This document shows positions 8,824 to 18,893 of a DNA stretch of 64,000 nucleotides, piece after piece (within the stretch, counting starts at the first letter, position 1; the number at the start of each line of letters is the position of its first letter). The stretch comes from Vulcanimicrobiota bacterium (GTDB lineage: Bacteria > Vulcanimicrobiota > Vulcanimicrobiia > Vulcanimicrobiales > Vulcanimicrobiaceae): contig CAWFFL010000002.1 in NCBI GenBank assembly GCA_963815165.1, positions 289,023-353,022 on the forward strand, read 5' to 3'. The notes below the pieces were generated by a model. That model had not been told where the DNA came from. It saw nothing but the letters and a program-made list of their open reading frames with translations, and ran no database searches. Both the position numbers and the translations under genes were made by a program.

Positions 8824-10026
8824 CTATTTAACCGCTTTCCCTAGATCGACAAGATTCGTAATAATGGGTTCGCCCGTAGTCTGGAGAATCTTGACGTAGT
8901 CGGCGAATGAAGCATTGCTTCGCGAGGCATTATAAAGCTGTTCGTGCGTTCTCAGGATCATTGCCATTGCAGTACCGTAGTCAGCACTGCCTCGCAATTT
9001 GTCGTTGATGGAGGCCAAAGCCGTTTCTACGGCGCTCCTCGTCTTTGCTAACCGACGATCTATTGCCATTTCAGCGTTTCGCTCTTCAATGGAAGATATT
9101 GCATTCTCCCGTGTGAGGGCGGCCAAGGCTTCCCGTCGATCTGCAGCCGACAGGCCTTTCTGCGAGGCGACCGTTGACATTGCCTTCGAGGACGCGGCGA
9201 CCCTCATGCTCCACTCTCGGGCGAGCTCGTTTCGCGCGTTGAATTCGTGCCGTGCGTAGGTGTTGTACTCGCTGACGGTCTTACTGAACTCGTTCTGCAA
9301 CATTAGCGTGTAAGCTGCATCAACGCATTCGAGACTTTCAATGGTACCGGGCATTTGCGGATTAACGCTATTGAGAAAATCATTGATGGCCTTGGCACTG
9401 GCCTTTTGCTGAAAGTACGAAAAAATGGCGGTTGCCAGGCCCGATAATGCCTGGGTCGCAGCCGAGGAGACACCGGCGCTATTCAGGCCCGCGACTAGAG
9501 GCGACGGGTTCACTGCAGGCGTGTCCGCGACGTCGGCGAGATTTCCGAGGGCTTGACCGTAACCCAGGATTACTTGATTAGCTTGGTCCCAAGAGTCGCT
9601 GACCTTTCTTGCATCTCCGCAATCAACCGCTTTTTGTGGGGCTGATACTTGCGAGTTAGTCGGAGAAGCGGACGCAGCTGGCGCTACGGGTTCGGTGGGC
9701 GGCGAGAAAGTATACCCCGATTGCGGAGTGGCATTCTGGAATGAAAAGACGCTGAGCGGCTGCGGAGAAGTTGTGATCAGTGTCATTGTCTCTTGTGCAG
9801 TCACATTCGTTTCGAGGATACCTTGCGCGACGCGCTGCGTGCGTTCGCACGACGCCGAAAAATCGGCAGCCAGTGTCGAAAATGACTGCGCGCTTTGAGA
9901 CATTGTGCTCGCAAACTTCGAGATTGCGGAGAAGTCGGTCGGTGCAGCGCAGCTGGCGATCACGCTTACGGCCGCTACTGACAGAAACGCCGAGACGAGG
10001 AAGCGAGAACGAAGGGAAGAGTTCAT
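8824..10026 (-). CDS. hypothetical lipoprotein
   Basis: Signal peptide plus lipobox (LSVAAVSVIASC). AAGGAGG Shine-Dalgarno 9 nt upstream of ATG 10026. Confidence 0.55.
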   Translation of the reverse strand: MNSSLRSRFLVSAFLSVAAVSVIASCAAPTDFSAISKFASTMSQSAQSFSTLAADFSASCERTQRVAQGILETNVTAQETMTLITTSPQPLSVFSFQNATPQSGYTFSPPTEPVAPAASASPTNSQVSAPQKAVDCGDARKVSDSWDQANQVILGYGQALGNLADVADTPAVNPSPLVAGLNSAGVSSAATQALSGLATAIFSYFQQKASAKAINDFLNSVNPQMPGTIESLECVDAAYTLMLQNEFSKTVSEYNTYARHEFNARNELAREWSMRVAASSKAMSTVASQKGLSAADRREALAALTRENAISSIEERNAEMAIDRRLAKTRSAVETALASINDKLRGSADYGTAMAMILRTHEQLYNASRSNASFADYVKILQTTGEPIITNLVDLGKAVK

Positions 10027-10277
10027 TTGGAACCAGCCTCCTTGGGCGGTCCATATACGCTAGCGCCCGCCTGGTTCCTTTTCTCTGCCCCGCGACCTTG
10101 AGGCTCGCCCTGTGCGCTGCTAGACGAGAAGCTTAGGTCGCTCTCGTTGCCGGCCGTCTGTTTTGTTCAGATCGTAGAATTCGGCTCGGTCAGGGCGCGC
10201 CCGAGACCCACGCGTGAATGATGGATCGAATCGCCTCCCGTTCGGCTTGTTATGAGCGATCGCACAATCTCTTCCCC

Positions 10278-10544
10278 TTATAATTGGAGGCATCCGCTGC
10301 CGTCGATGAGCTCATGGATCTTTCCATTGATCATCGAGCACGTCAGGAAGAATGGCGAGTCGGTACAAGTTATTTCGAGCGTTTTGCCGGCGGCGTCGTA
10401 GCTCCGCTGAATCGTAATGCCGTTTGACGATTGAGTTCCCGAGTCGGAGTTGATCGGAAGCCCCGCATCGTTAGCTTTCGTCTTTAGACAAGCAAAGGCT
10501 GCCGGGGATACGTTAGAGAACGTTTGCGTTGCACATGCACCCAC
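10278..10544 (-). CDS. small Cys-rich protein, last gene after the DUF4157 array
   Basis: 88 aa with 6 Cys. GTG start with GGGAGG 7 nt upstream. It begins 77 nt downstream of the last DUF4157 gene on the same strand. Confidence 0.45.
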   Translation of the reverse strand: MGACATQTFSNVSPAAFACLKTKANDAGLPINSDSGTQSSNGITIQRSYDAAGKTLEITCTDSPFFLTCSMINGKIHELIDGSGCLQL

Positions 10545-10621
10545 GTTACGACCTCCCGTCGATGTGGAGATGGTTATGAGCTCGTTCTGCCCTTCGAGTC
10601 ATCGAAGAATGTGCTCGACAA

Positions 10622-11827
10622 TCAGTAGCTAAAAATGTACTGAGTCGACCAATACCACGCAATGGGCACGTCGTTTAGCGGCATTCCTTTCCCAAGCGGC
10701 TGATCTTTGATATCAATCACGGGTTTATCGGTCATAGGAACCCTAATCGCGCTTCCGACGTGGGCGACGTCCCATGCATAGAACTTAACCATTGCAGATC
10801 CGAGGCCCTTATCACAGCTTTGCGGTTTCGCCTGCCATGCGAGCCGGAAGCTGCCAAAGAGATAACCGCTTTGGTGCCCGAGCGCTCCCCAAGTCATCCA
10901 ATTCAAGGCGTCGTTGAAGAGCCACGCGGCGTTCTGGCCGAAGCTTAGCGAATTAAGATTGAAATCGTCGCGTGCCATAAGCGACGGCTTCTGAGCCTGT
11001 GAGTCTGGAGAATCTTGATTCTTGCAATACTGTTCGAGTGCACGGAGGATCTTTTCCCGAACTTGCGCCATATGCGGATGCCCTCGAAGCTCTTTCGTCC
11101 AAGCGTGGTCGGGACCGTAGACATGGGCTCGATCGCTCGTCCCAATGAGATCTCCTAGAGCGGTGCCGACGAGGAAGTCGCGCAGGACGTCTCGCGTTGC
11201 GTGATATGTAGTCTCTTGATCGTCGCCATCCTTTTTTGGTGCGGCGGTAGCAGCCTGTCGACGGATTACGCTTGGCGAGGCACCTTGCTGCAGAACGTGA
11301 ACCAACTCGTGCGCCAGTAATTCCCTACCGACTTCACTCGACGGAGCGTACGCACCCGCAGCGAAAACGACGTCGTTGCCGACCGTATAGGCGCCAGCGT
11401 TAATCGCTTTTGCGGAAGCAGCCGCCTCGGAATCCGCGTGCACGCGGATGTTGCTGAAGTCGTGGCCCAAGCGCGGCTCGAAAAACGCGCGTGCGTTGGC
11501 TGCGAGCGGCTCTCCCGGTGAACGAAGCGCCCTATGGACGGCAGGAGGTGCGCTGCCGGTATAGCCATCTCTTGAACCGATCGATTTGGTCTGGAGCGCA
11601 GCCTCTTCTTCGCAAGGCGCACATTTGCGTCGAATCTCCCTTGGCGCGCCGCCGATCGGAGGGGACGAACTCGGCATACGCACTATCTTAGCGGCCATTC
11701 GATCCGCCTCGAGTTCCGCCGGGTCGGAAATGGAACCAACGAGTAGCTTTCGCTGTATGGTCGGCGATAAACGCGCCGGATGTACCGAGGTCGGCGGCTC
11801 GGTCTTATCAACCTTCGAAGCAAACAT
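10622..11827 (-). CDS. DUF4157 (zincin-like) domain protein no. 4, unique C-terminal domain
   Basis: SDPAELEADRMA, FFEPRLGHDFSNIRVHADSEAAASAKAINAGAYTVGNDVVF and LLAHELVHVLQQ form the canonical DUF4157 signature. I prefer ATG 11827, 1 nt after the upstream stop, over the ORF-track start at 11881. Confidence 0.8.
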   Translation of the reverse strand: MFASKVDKTEPPTSVHPARLSPTIQRKLLVGSISDPAELEADRMAAKIVRMPSSSPPIGGAPREIRRKCAPCEEEAALQTKSIGSRDGYTGSAPPAVHRALRSPGEPLAANARAFFEPRLGHDFSNIRVHADSEAAASAKAINAGAYTVGNDVVFAAGAYAPSSEVGRELLAHELVHVLQQGASPSVIRRQAATAAPKKDGDDQETTYHATRDVLRDFLVGTALGDLIGTSDRAHVYGPDHAWTKELRGHPHMAQVREKILRALEQYCKNQDSPDSQAQKPSLMARDDFNLNSLSFGQNAAWLFNDALNWMTWGALGHQSGYLFGSFRLAWQAKPQSCDKGLGSAMVKFYAWDVAHVGSAIRVPMTDKPVIDIKDQPLGKGMPLNDVPIAWYWSTQYIFSY

Positions 11828-11828
11828 G

Positions 11829-13124
11829 TCAGGGCGGTGCAGCAGCCGCAGGCGGCGGCAAGTGCTCCGTGGGCGCGGCACCCTTCTGCATGTAGGCGAT
11901 GTACTCGGCTTGGGTCGCCTGATGCAGGTGGAAGACCAGCGCCTTACCGATCGCGACCCGATGCGCTAATGTCAAGAAGTCGAGCGTGCCGACGCCCAAC
12001 GCCTTCTTTGCCCACTCGAACGTGAGCGTGTCGAGGTACGTGTGCTCCCCCATCGTACGCCAGAAGCCCTTGAAGTTCAGGTCGTCGTTTATGTCTTTGA
12101 TCGCTTCGGCAGACATCGTTGCCTTGTGTTGCGCTAAGTAGCCCTCTACCGTGCCCTGCTCCATCTCCACCATGTCGAGGTCAAACTGCATCGCCTCGAT
12201 CTTGTCCTCGGTGCCGCCCTTGCGTGGGTCGGTGGGCTCTTTCTTCAAGTATTCCAACTTGTTGATAATCCGCATGTTTGCGGCAAACAAGATCTTGTTG
12301 ACATCGCTTAGGATGCGAATCGCTTCAGCGGAGTGCAGCGCCCAGCCGGCCGGAGCTTCTATCGCCCCGACGCCGTCCGCACTCGTCACTATTCCGGCCG
12401 CTCCAAAAAAGCGGACGTTTCCGATCGCGCCACCGGCTCTTTGTGTGAGCGCGTTTATTAGAAAATAATACTCACTGCGCTCAAAAATCGTCTTGTATTC
12501 GTCCGGATGATTAGCTTTAGTGTTATAGATCGCCGCGTCGTTGAACGTGTTCGGAATTTTAAAATACAGATCGCGCCGCCAGTTGGTAATGTCATCCTGG
12601 AGCCAGTCGCCGGGCGTGTGCGCCTTGTTGTACTCGCCCGGCGTGAGTGCCATGCGATCGATGCGTCCGGCGTGGCCGCGATTCTGCGCGACGTGCGCGA
12701 GCTCGTGCGCCATTACTTTGCGCATCGAAGCGTTTTGCGACGCCATGGTGCGGCGCCCCAAGAACACGTTCGTTCCCACGGTAACGGCGTGGGCATCCAA
12801 ACCGCGCGCGAGGTATGCTGCGTTTGCGTCGTCGAAGACGCGGACGCGGCCGAAATCAAAGTCTAAGCGGGATTCCAATTTCGCGCGCACGTCCGCGGTC
12901 AACGGCCGTCCGCCGGGTGTTCCCGCCGCCTTCCCTTCGAGTATTCGCTCGGATAGGTCGGGCGCAATCTTCTTCGCTATCGAGTCGGCAGCAGTCTCCC
13001 GCGACGAGTCGCTTCGCGCTTTTATAGCCGCCAAGTGGAGTGGCGAGGATCGAGGCAGACGCTCCCGCATCACCATCATTTCGTTAGCCGATCGCTGATT
13101 TGACCCTGCTGCACGCGCTCGCAA
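11829..13124 (-). CDS. DUF4157 domain protein no. 3, unique C-terminal domain
   Basis: LESRLDFDFGRVRVFDDANAAYLARGLDAHAVTVGTNVFL and VMAHELAHVAQN. The start is uncertain: TTG 13124 or the ATGs around 13075. Confidence 0.75.
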   Translation of the reverse strand: MRARAAGSNQRSANEMMVMRERLPRSSPLHLAAIKARSDSSRETAADSIAKKIAPDLSERILEGKAAGTPGGRPLTADVRAKLESRLDFDFGRVRVFDDANAAYLARGLDAHAVTVGTNVFLGRRTMASQNASMRKVMAHELAHVAQNRGHAGRIDRMALTPGEYNKAHTPGDWLQDDITNWRRDLYFKIPNTFNDAAIYNTKANHPDEYKTIFERSEYYFLINALTQRAGGAIGNVRFFGAAGIVTSADGVGAIEAPAGWALHSAEAIRILSDVNKILFAANMRIINKLEYLKKEPTDPRKGGTEDKIEAMQFDLDMVEMEQGTVEGYLAQHKATMSAEAIKDINDDLNFKGFWRTMGEHTYLDTLTFEWAKKALGVGTLDFLTLAHRVAIGKALVFHLHQATQAEYIAYMQKGAAPTEHLPPPAAAAPP

Positions 13125-13138
13125 ATGTCTTCATTTGA

Positions 13139-14560
13139 CTAAGGCATTTTTGCGAATGCGAGGCGCACGACCGTCCGCTGACCGATGCTCGTCATGTCGG
13201 TGAGATCTACCCCGTGGCGGACCGCCTCGGCTTGCGCGTGCGTTGTGACGCTGGCGCAGATTCTCCCGATGGCGGCAACGTCGTCGTCCGAAATCCATCC
13301 ACCCATTAGTGTTTTAATCGCCTGCAGTTTACTTGCCACAGAAAGCTTTCCGATATCGCTTAGAGAGTGCCCGTTTACCCAATCTCGAACTTGATCGTCA
13401 TCATTGACCCAGTATGGGCTCGGCTCATTTTCGGCCGCAACGTCCCTCACGTTCTTACTTTCCAGCGGCGCACCGGATTCGGCCATGATGTTCCCAGAGT
13501 AACCAGGGTCGACGGTGGTGCTGCGAGTGCCGCCGAACGTGCCTTTGATCTTGCTCATGATGCCTTCCGAGTAGCGGTCTTGCAGACCAATAATATGGCC
13601 GAACTCGTGCGCAGGCGTCCATGTGAAAGCGTCGGCTTCGCTGGCATTGAGCGTCATCGATCTTCCGCCGAGGCCCGGAGAGACGTGCGACGGACCGGCG
13701 ATTTTCTTAGCCTCGATCTGAGTTGCGTTTCCCGCTGGGGAACCGCTGCCACGATAGGTCACCGTTATGCTGCAGCTGACCGCATAGCCGTCGGGAAAAG
13801 TTCGCGTCCAGGTCGAGTTGATCGAGTTCTGTATTGAAGCCGCTCGGTCCGCATTGGCTTCCTCGCCGGAGAGCTCCATCGCGCCGGTGATGCTGACCGA
13901 TTTCTCGGTACGATCCACGTAAAGACCTGGAGATGGAGAAAACTTCGCTACGGGCAATCCGTCTCGCTGGATTACGCCTCTGGTGACTCCTCGCGCCTGC
14001 TGAACTACATGAGTCAACTCGTGTCCCAGCAGGCGTTGGCCTTCAGGCGTACCAGGCTGATACCGGCCGGCACCAAAGATGAGATCCGACCCGATCGTAT
14101 ATGCTTTTGCGTGCACTGAAGCCGCACTGGCCGCGGCCTCGGAATCCGCATGTACTCGTACGCGGCTAAAATCATGGCCTAAGCGCGACTCAAAGAAATC
14201 ACGTACGACTGGATCGAGCTGACCATCAACTGGGCCCGCGGCGGAAGACGTGGCGAGTCTCCTAGTCGTCATTTGATCCGCTACGCGATCGGCTTCACGC
14301 TCCAGTGGATCGTCGACTCGGCCAATCGGTGGATTGGCCTGCGCGCGCCGCGACGGCCTAGCGGGCGGTTCGCAGGGCGAGGCGTAAGGATGCGCTTTTT
14401 GAACGCTTAGACCGTAAGAGCCCACTTCGCGTCCCTTCCCATTTGAAACGTTGATGAGCGCAAGCTTACTAGATTTTCGTGCCCAACTGGCGTCGCCTTT
14501 GTGACAATTATCGTCACTTTGGGATTTCGATCTTGAAACGCTCGATGTATGTCTCAACAT
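13139..14560 (-). CDS. DUF4157 domain protein no. 2 with a second, snapalysin-like zincin motif
   Basis: DDPLEREADRVADQM, FFESRLGHDFSRVRVHADSEAAASAASVHAKAYTIGSDLIF and LLGHELTHVVQQ mark the DUF4157 domain. A downstream HEFGHIIGLQDRY gives HExxHxxGxxD. An alternative start is GTG 14425, which has a GGAAGGGA Shine-Dalgarno. Confidence 0.8.
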   Translation of the reverse strand: MLRHTSSVSRSKSQSDDNCHKGDASWARKSSKLALINVSNGKGREVGSYGLSVQKAHPYASPCEPPARPSRRAQANPPIGRVDDPLEREADRVADQMTTRRLATSSAAGPVDGQLDPVVRDFFESRLGHDFSRVRVHADSEAAASAASVHAKAYTIGSDLIFGAGRYQPGTPEGQRLLGHELTHVVQQARGVTRGVIQRDGLPVAKFSPSPGLYVDRTEKSVSITGAMELSGEEANADRAASIQNSINSTWTRTFPDGYAVSCSITVTYRGSGSPAGNATQIEAKKIAGPSHVSPGLGGRSMTLNASEADAFTWTPAHEFGHIIGLQDRYSEGIMSKIKGTFGGTRSTTVDPGYSGNIMAESGAPLESKNVRDVAAENEPSPYWVNDDDQVRDWVNGHSLSDIGKLSVASKLQAIKTLMGGWISDDDVAAIGRICASVTTHAQAEAVRHGVDLTDMTSIGQRTVVRLAFAKMP

Positions 14561-16460
14561 ACTTTCGAGCTTCCTCTCGATCCGCCGGCTCAGCGGGTTC
14601 GTGTCGAGTGCGCTGCATTATTTTTCTGATGGATTCCTCGTTTTGAGCACGATTTTGACGCGCTGCCATTCGTAGGTCGACCAACGGCTGACTCTCCCTA
14701 AATGAGACAAAACCTTTAAACTTCTGGCCGAGTATCCGCCGGAGACTTGTCAGAGTTGCCTGGTCTACGCCATCGGCAGCCAGTTCGCTCAAGCTGTCTT
14801 CCGTCACTTGGTAGACCCACGGATAATCGATTGCTGCACGAGCGAGGCGAACCTTGACGTCCTCCTCGAGCAGGTCAAAACCCAGTGGATGCGCACTGAA
14901 TCTATCTTCCCCCGGGGTCGCACCTTTAACGCTCTTAACGCCGTGCTCGTAAGTCCATGGCGCCTTCGCGTACGGGCTCGTATTTGCCCAAACGACTTTG
15001 GTGCCGACGGGAGCATTATGCCACGCTAGGTCGTCACTCGTTTCGATCCGGTCCCGCTCGAGCCCAGTTGTACCCTCAGCCCGCAACACAAGGCCTGCGA
15101 ATTTCTCGTTAAATGCTTGGGGGTTATCCTCCAGCGCAAGTCGCCAAGCACCCAAGAGCGCTATTTCCGGAAAAAGACGACAATCGCACGTCCATTTGTC
15201 AAGGTTGGCAAACAACAGGGCCACTGCATCAAACGGCGTGGCGGCTGTTGGCGAAAAAGCACCGATTCCGCGAAGCTTTTCCAGGTTCGTTTGGTTCGAT
15301 TTCCAGTTTGCCTCGTCAATCTTCATCTCGCCTGGTTGTGGAAACGAGCAGCCACCAGCGATTAGCAGCGGCTTGAGACGATCCAGCGTCGCCCTAAGCG
15401 CACGTTCCCACTTCAGCCTGAAGGCTTCGTCATTTAGGTGGCTTGCGACTTGAGGTGTGTTCACCGGCCGCATGATTCCCTTGCGAAGCGCATCCATGCC
15501 GCCCGTAAAGCGTCGTGCTGCAAATGCGTCGAATCTGACTAGTGCGGCCTTCCCAAAGGAATTGTAGAGTGCTTTTGGGTCAATTCCGCCAGAACCGAAG
15601 ATCGTTTGAAGATCGCTATTTTCGCAGCGTTCGAGTAAGTCTAGAATGTTTGTCTCGTCTCCCTCCGTAACAGTACCCGTCATCATCTCGCGTATAAGGA
15701 GGCTTTTCAGGCGAGCATCAAGATGAAAGTTGCGATCGCCAGTTTTCCACCGCGCTATGATGGCGCGCGCTTTATTATCACTATCATAGTGATTTTCAAT
15801 CGTACCGGTTTTCTCGCGGCCGGCAAGGTAGTCGGTAAGCTCTTGATCGGAAAATTTCCCCTCCCCGAACAAGCGCGAGAACGTCTCTCCTGGTCCCTTC
15901 GTAAATACATCTCCGATAACGCGAAAGGCGTCGAGGGCATCACGCTGGATAGCCGGCTTTCCCAGTCGACGAAGCGGTTCGCGGGCGCGTCCCTGGCCAA
16001 TCGCATGCGCGGTCGTTCGGGCTTCCCGCTCACACTCGTTCCAGGATGGAGAGTCGTCCACGTAGACCTCGTTTGTCGAGGCCTGACTTTGTTGGACGAC
16101 GTGCGTAAGCTCGTGCGCGATTAGCTCGCGGTTTGGCTTAGATGTGGACAAGCAGTGGGCCGAGCCAAGCGCGATATGCGTGCCCAGCGTCCACGCGCGC
16201 GCTCCAATGGCCCTTGCCGATGCAGCCGCTGAATCGTCCGTATGTATCCGAACCCGATCGAAACGATGACCGAGATGCTCCTCCATTTCCGCGCGAAGCG
16301 CCGGCTCCAGCGGAAGCCCGGACGAGTCGATCACAGCCTGGATAAGGCCGCCGGTTGCTCCACTCGGTGAAATGCTCGAAGTAGCCGACCTGGCTTTCGG
16401 AGGCCCAGCGCGCGCAGAGCGCTGCGCCGTACGCCCCACTGGCGTATAGCGCAAAGCCAC
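14514..16460 (-). CDS. DUF4157 domain protein no. 1 with a ~480-aa C-terminal domain of unknown function
   Basis: MEEHLGHRFDRVRIHTDDSAAASARAIGARAWTLGTHIAL and LIAHELTHVVQQ. The GTG start lies 4 nt after the stop of the last eCIS structural gene. Confidence 0.8.
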   Translation of the reverse strand: MALRYTPVGRTAQRSARAGPPKARSATSSISPSGATGGLIQAVIDSSGLPLEPALRAEMEEHLGHRFDRVRIHTDDSAAASARAIGARAWTLGTHIALGSAHCLSTSKPNRELIAHELTHVVQQSQASTNEVYVDDSPSWNECEREARTTAHAIGQGRAREPLRRLGKPAIQRDALDAFRVIGDVFTKGPGETFSRLFGEGKFSDQELTDYLAGREKTGTIENHYDSDNKARAIIARWKTGDRNFHLDARLKSLLIREMMTGTVTEGDETNILDLLERCENSDLQTIFGSGGIDPKALYNSFGKAALVRFDAFAARRFTGGMDALRKGIMRPVNTPQVASHLNDEAFRLKWERALRATLDRLKPLLIAGGCSFPQPGEMKIDEANWKSNQTNLEKLRGIGAFSPTAATPFDAVALLFANLDKWTCDCRLFPEIALLGAWRLALEDNPQAFNEKFAGLVLRAEGTTGLERDRIETSDDLAWHNAPVGTKVVWANTSPYAKAPWTYEHGVKSVKGATPGEDRFSAHPLGFDLLEEDVKVRLARAAIDYPWVYQVTEDSLSELAADGVDQATLTSLRRILGQKFKGFVSFRESQPLVDLRMAARQNRAQNEESIRKIMQRTRHEPAEPADREEARKYVETYIERFKIEIPK

Positions 16461-16464
16461 ACTC

Positions 16465-18883
16465 TTACCGTCGTTTCCGCCTGCGGTGGGGCGGCTGTTT
16501 AGGTTTCGTCTCCGGCTGCGAAGTTGACGACGACGAGGTTTCCGGTCGCGCTTGTTGCGGCGCTGCCTCCGGCGGTTGTGGTGGTGCTTCCCTGGGTGGT
16601 TGCGACGGTGCTGCCTCAGGAGCTTGCGGCGTTTCCACGGCTTGGTGAGTGAGAAGGGTGGGGTTCACCTGCTGCGTGATGATATGCGTGTTGTCTATGC
16701 CAGTGGGCGGAACGAAGACTCTAAAGGGATTTATCGTGAAAGATGCGGCAGCGCTGGAACCGCCGTACAAAGCAGTGACTTGAACGGTGATCGCGGTCAC
16801 AAGCGTGCCGCTTGTCGGAATCGCGAACTGCGCCGCAAGAGCGCCCGCGGGAACGGTGACCGATGGCGGCACGTGCGCGACATTGGCCGCAGTCGTTGCT
16901 GACGCTAGCGCCACGACTGCGCCTCCCGGGGGTGCGGGCACGTTAAGCGTGGCGGTCGCATTCACCGTTCCTCCAACCGTGACCGATGCCGGCGCGATGC
17001 TCAGACTCTGTATGGTCGGAGGAAATTGGCGGTGGAATCAACCAGAACCACATCTCGAAGTCGTCGGCACGCTCATTGTTTCCGCTCGGAAGCACGACGT
17101 CGGTGCTTGCGGATCCGGGCGTTCCGTACGATGCTCCGTCGAGGCGCACCGTTGGATTGCCGGCAGCCCAGATGTATCGACCGCGAAGTCGCATGCGCGC
17201 CAGCACCGGTGGCAGCGTTTGACCTGCCGCAAGGGACTTTGCGATCAATGCGAAGAGCGGCCCCGGGGCGGGCGATTCCGTCAGTTCCCATACTTGCGTT
17301 GGCTGCCAAGCTATGACGTTGCTGGAAACGCTGACTTGAGCGTTGAGGCTCACCGGCTGCGTTCCGAAAAACGGCGCCTGACCGCTAGGAGCCGCCGGCC
17401 ACACGTCGGTGCCAAGCGGATACGGCAGCCACAGCACGACTTCGCACGTGGCGCTCGCGCCCCCCGTTGCGGAACTCAACGATAGCGGATCGAGCGGCTG
17501 ATCGCACGTGATGGCAATTCCGTTGGCGAGTTGACTGGGAAGAACGGCCGAATCGTTTGCGAGCTCGACCTGTCCGTCGACGAGCGTTACTGCCGTAATA
17601 TGAATCGCTTCTACCGCGGCTGCGCCTAGTTCCGAGAGCGTCGGAAAAGCAGGGCGACAGACGTCGACGAGCGTCCAGTTGGTGCCGTCAAAATTCAGAA
17701 CGGCGAGTTGGCAGAAGTCATGGCTAACGCCGGAAGGACCTTGAAAGCTCGGATTGTTGGAACCATCGAGTGGCCAAAGAACTCCGATTCCCGTGCGCGC
17801 CGGGATCTGCCAGAAGTCGCCATTGTGAAGCGTGCCTAGCGGCGCGGCAACTTCGATTTGTACGCCGTTTTCGAGATCGACCCAAGAGCCCGCCGTGATT
17901 GACACCGCACCGGGAGAGTCCCATCGCCGCACGATCGGATTGAGCGGAAAATTACTAAAAACGATCGTCGAGGTCGAGTTATCGACGGTGATCGTCGTGC
18001 CTGCGATGCTCGAAATCTGCGCGAGGATCCCCGGCACGCCATTGAGGATGTGGGAATCGTCGGTAACTTCGACCCAATCGCCTATGTTGAAGCCGAGCGC
18101 GCTGTCATTACCAAGCCCCTCAACCGTTAACTGGTTCCCGTTGAGCGCAAGCCAGCGCGTTGCAACCGATCCATTCTCGCGCGACCAGACGATTGAAGGT
18201 ACGGTAGCGTCGTGCACCTCGACACGGTACAAGTGATTCTCGAGACTGGTATAGCCGGCGGTCGGTGCTATGACGCACGGGCTGCCGCTCGCGGGTGCCG
18301 GCTCCGCCTGCGCGGCGAGCTGAGCAGAGCTGGAAGCGATGAACTGCGTCCATGTCGGATCGCTTGCATCGCAGCCAAACGTCGAAGAGACCGGGAGCAG
18401 CTTCACCTGCCAAATCGTTCGCGTTCGAGCGCAGGTGTCGGGGCCTCCCAGTGCGGGTTCGAGGAGAGAGTTGTCCTCCACCGCCGTGACGCTTCGCTCC
18501 CATGCGTCGAGGTATGCGAGATATCTGCCGGAAGGCGTCGCCGTGCCGTTTGTCCCTAAATTCGAAATCGCATAGCCCGGCAGTTCGGCTTGTGCCGTAA
18601 TCTGCAGCCCATCAACGTCGTTCTCGCAAATCACGCCGTTGACGTACATCCGGCCCGCCGAGATTACCGGCACGTTGTTGTTGATCGTAATCCCGAATCC
18701 AGCGTTATCTTTCGGCGCGCCGCTGGCACCGACGACATCAATAGTCTCCGTAGCGACTCGTCGCCGAGCGATGTCGACTTGCTCGTTCCAATCAGCGTCG
18801 AGCGCGACTCGCCCCTGCTGGCTGCGAACGCTGCTAAACCGCTTGGCTGGATCGAACGTCGAACGAGAAATGTCGGCTGCCAT
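16465..18883 (-). CDS. DUF6519-like eCIS distal protein with a C-terminal Ig-like domain and a Pro-rich basic tail (frame broken once)
   Basis: The N-terminus FDPAKRFSSVRSQQGRVALDADWNEQ matches the motif I associate with DUF6519. ORFs 16943..18883 and 16465..16965 join if one A of the AAA run at 17023..17025 is removed, giving ..FWLIPPPIPPTIQSLSIAPASVTVGGTVNATATL.. Confidence 0.6.
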
Positions 18884-18893
18884 TAGGAACTCC

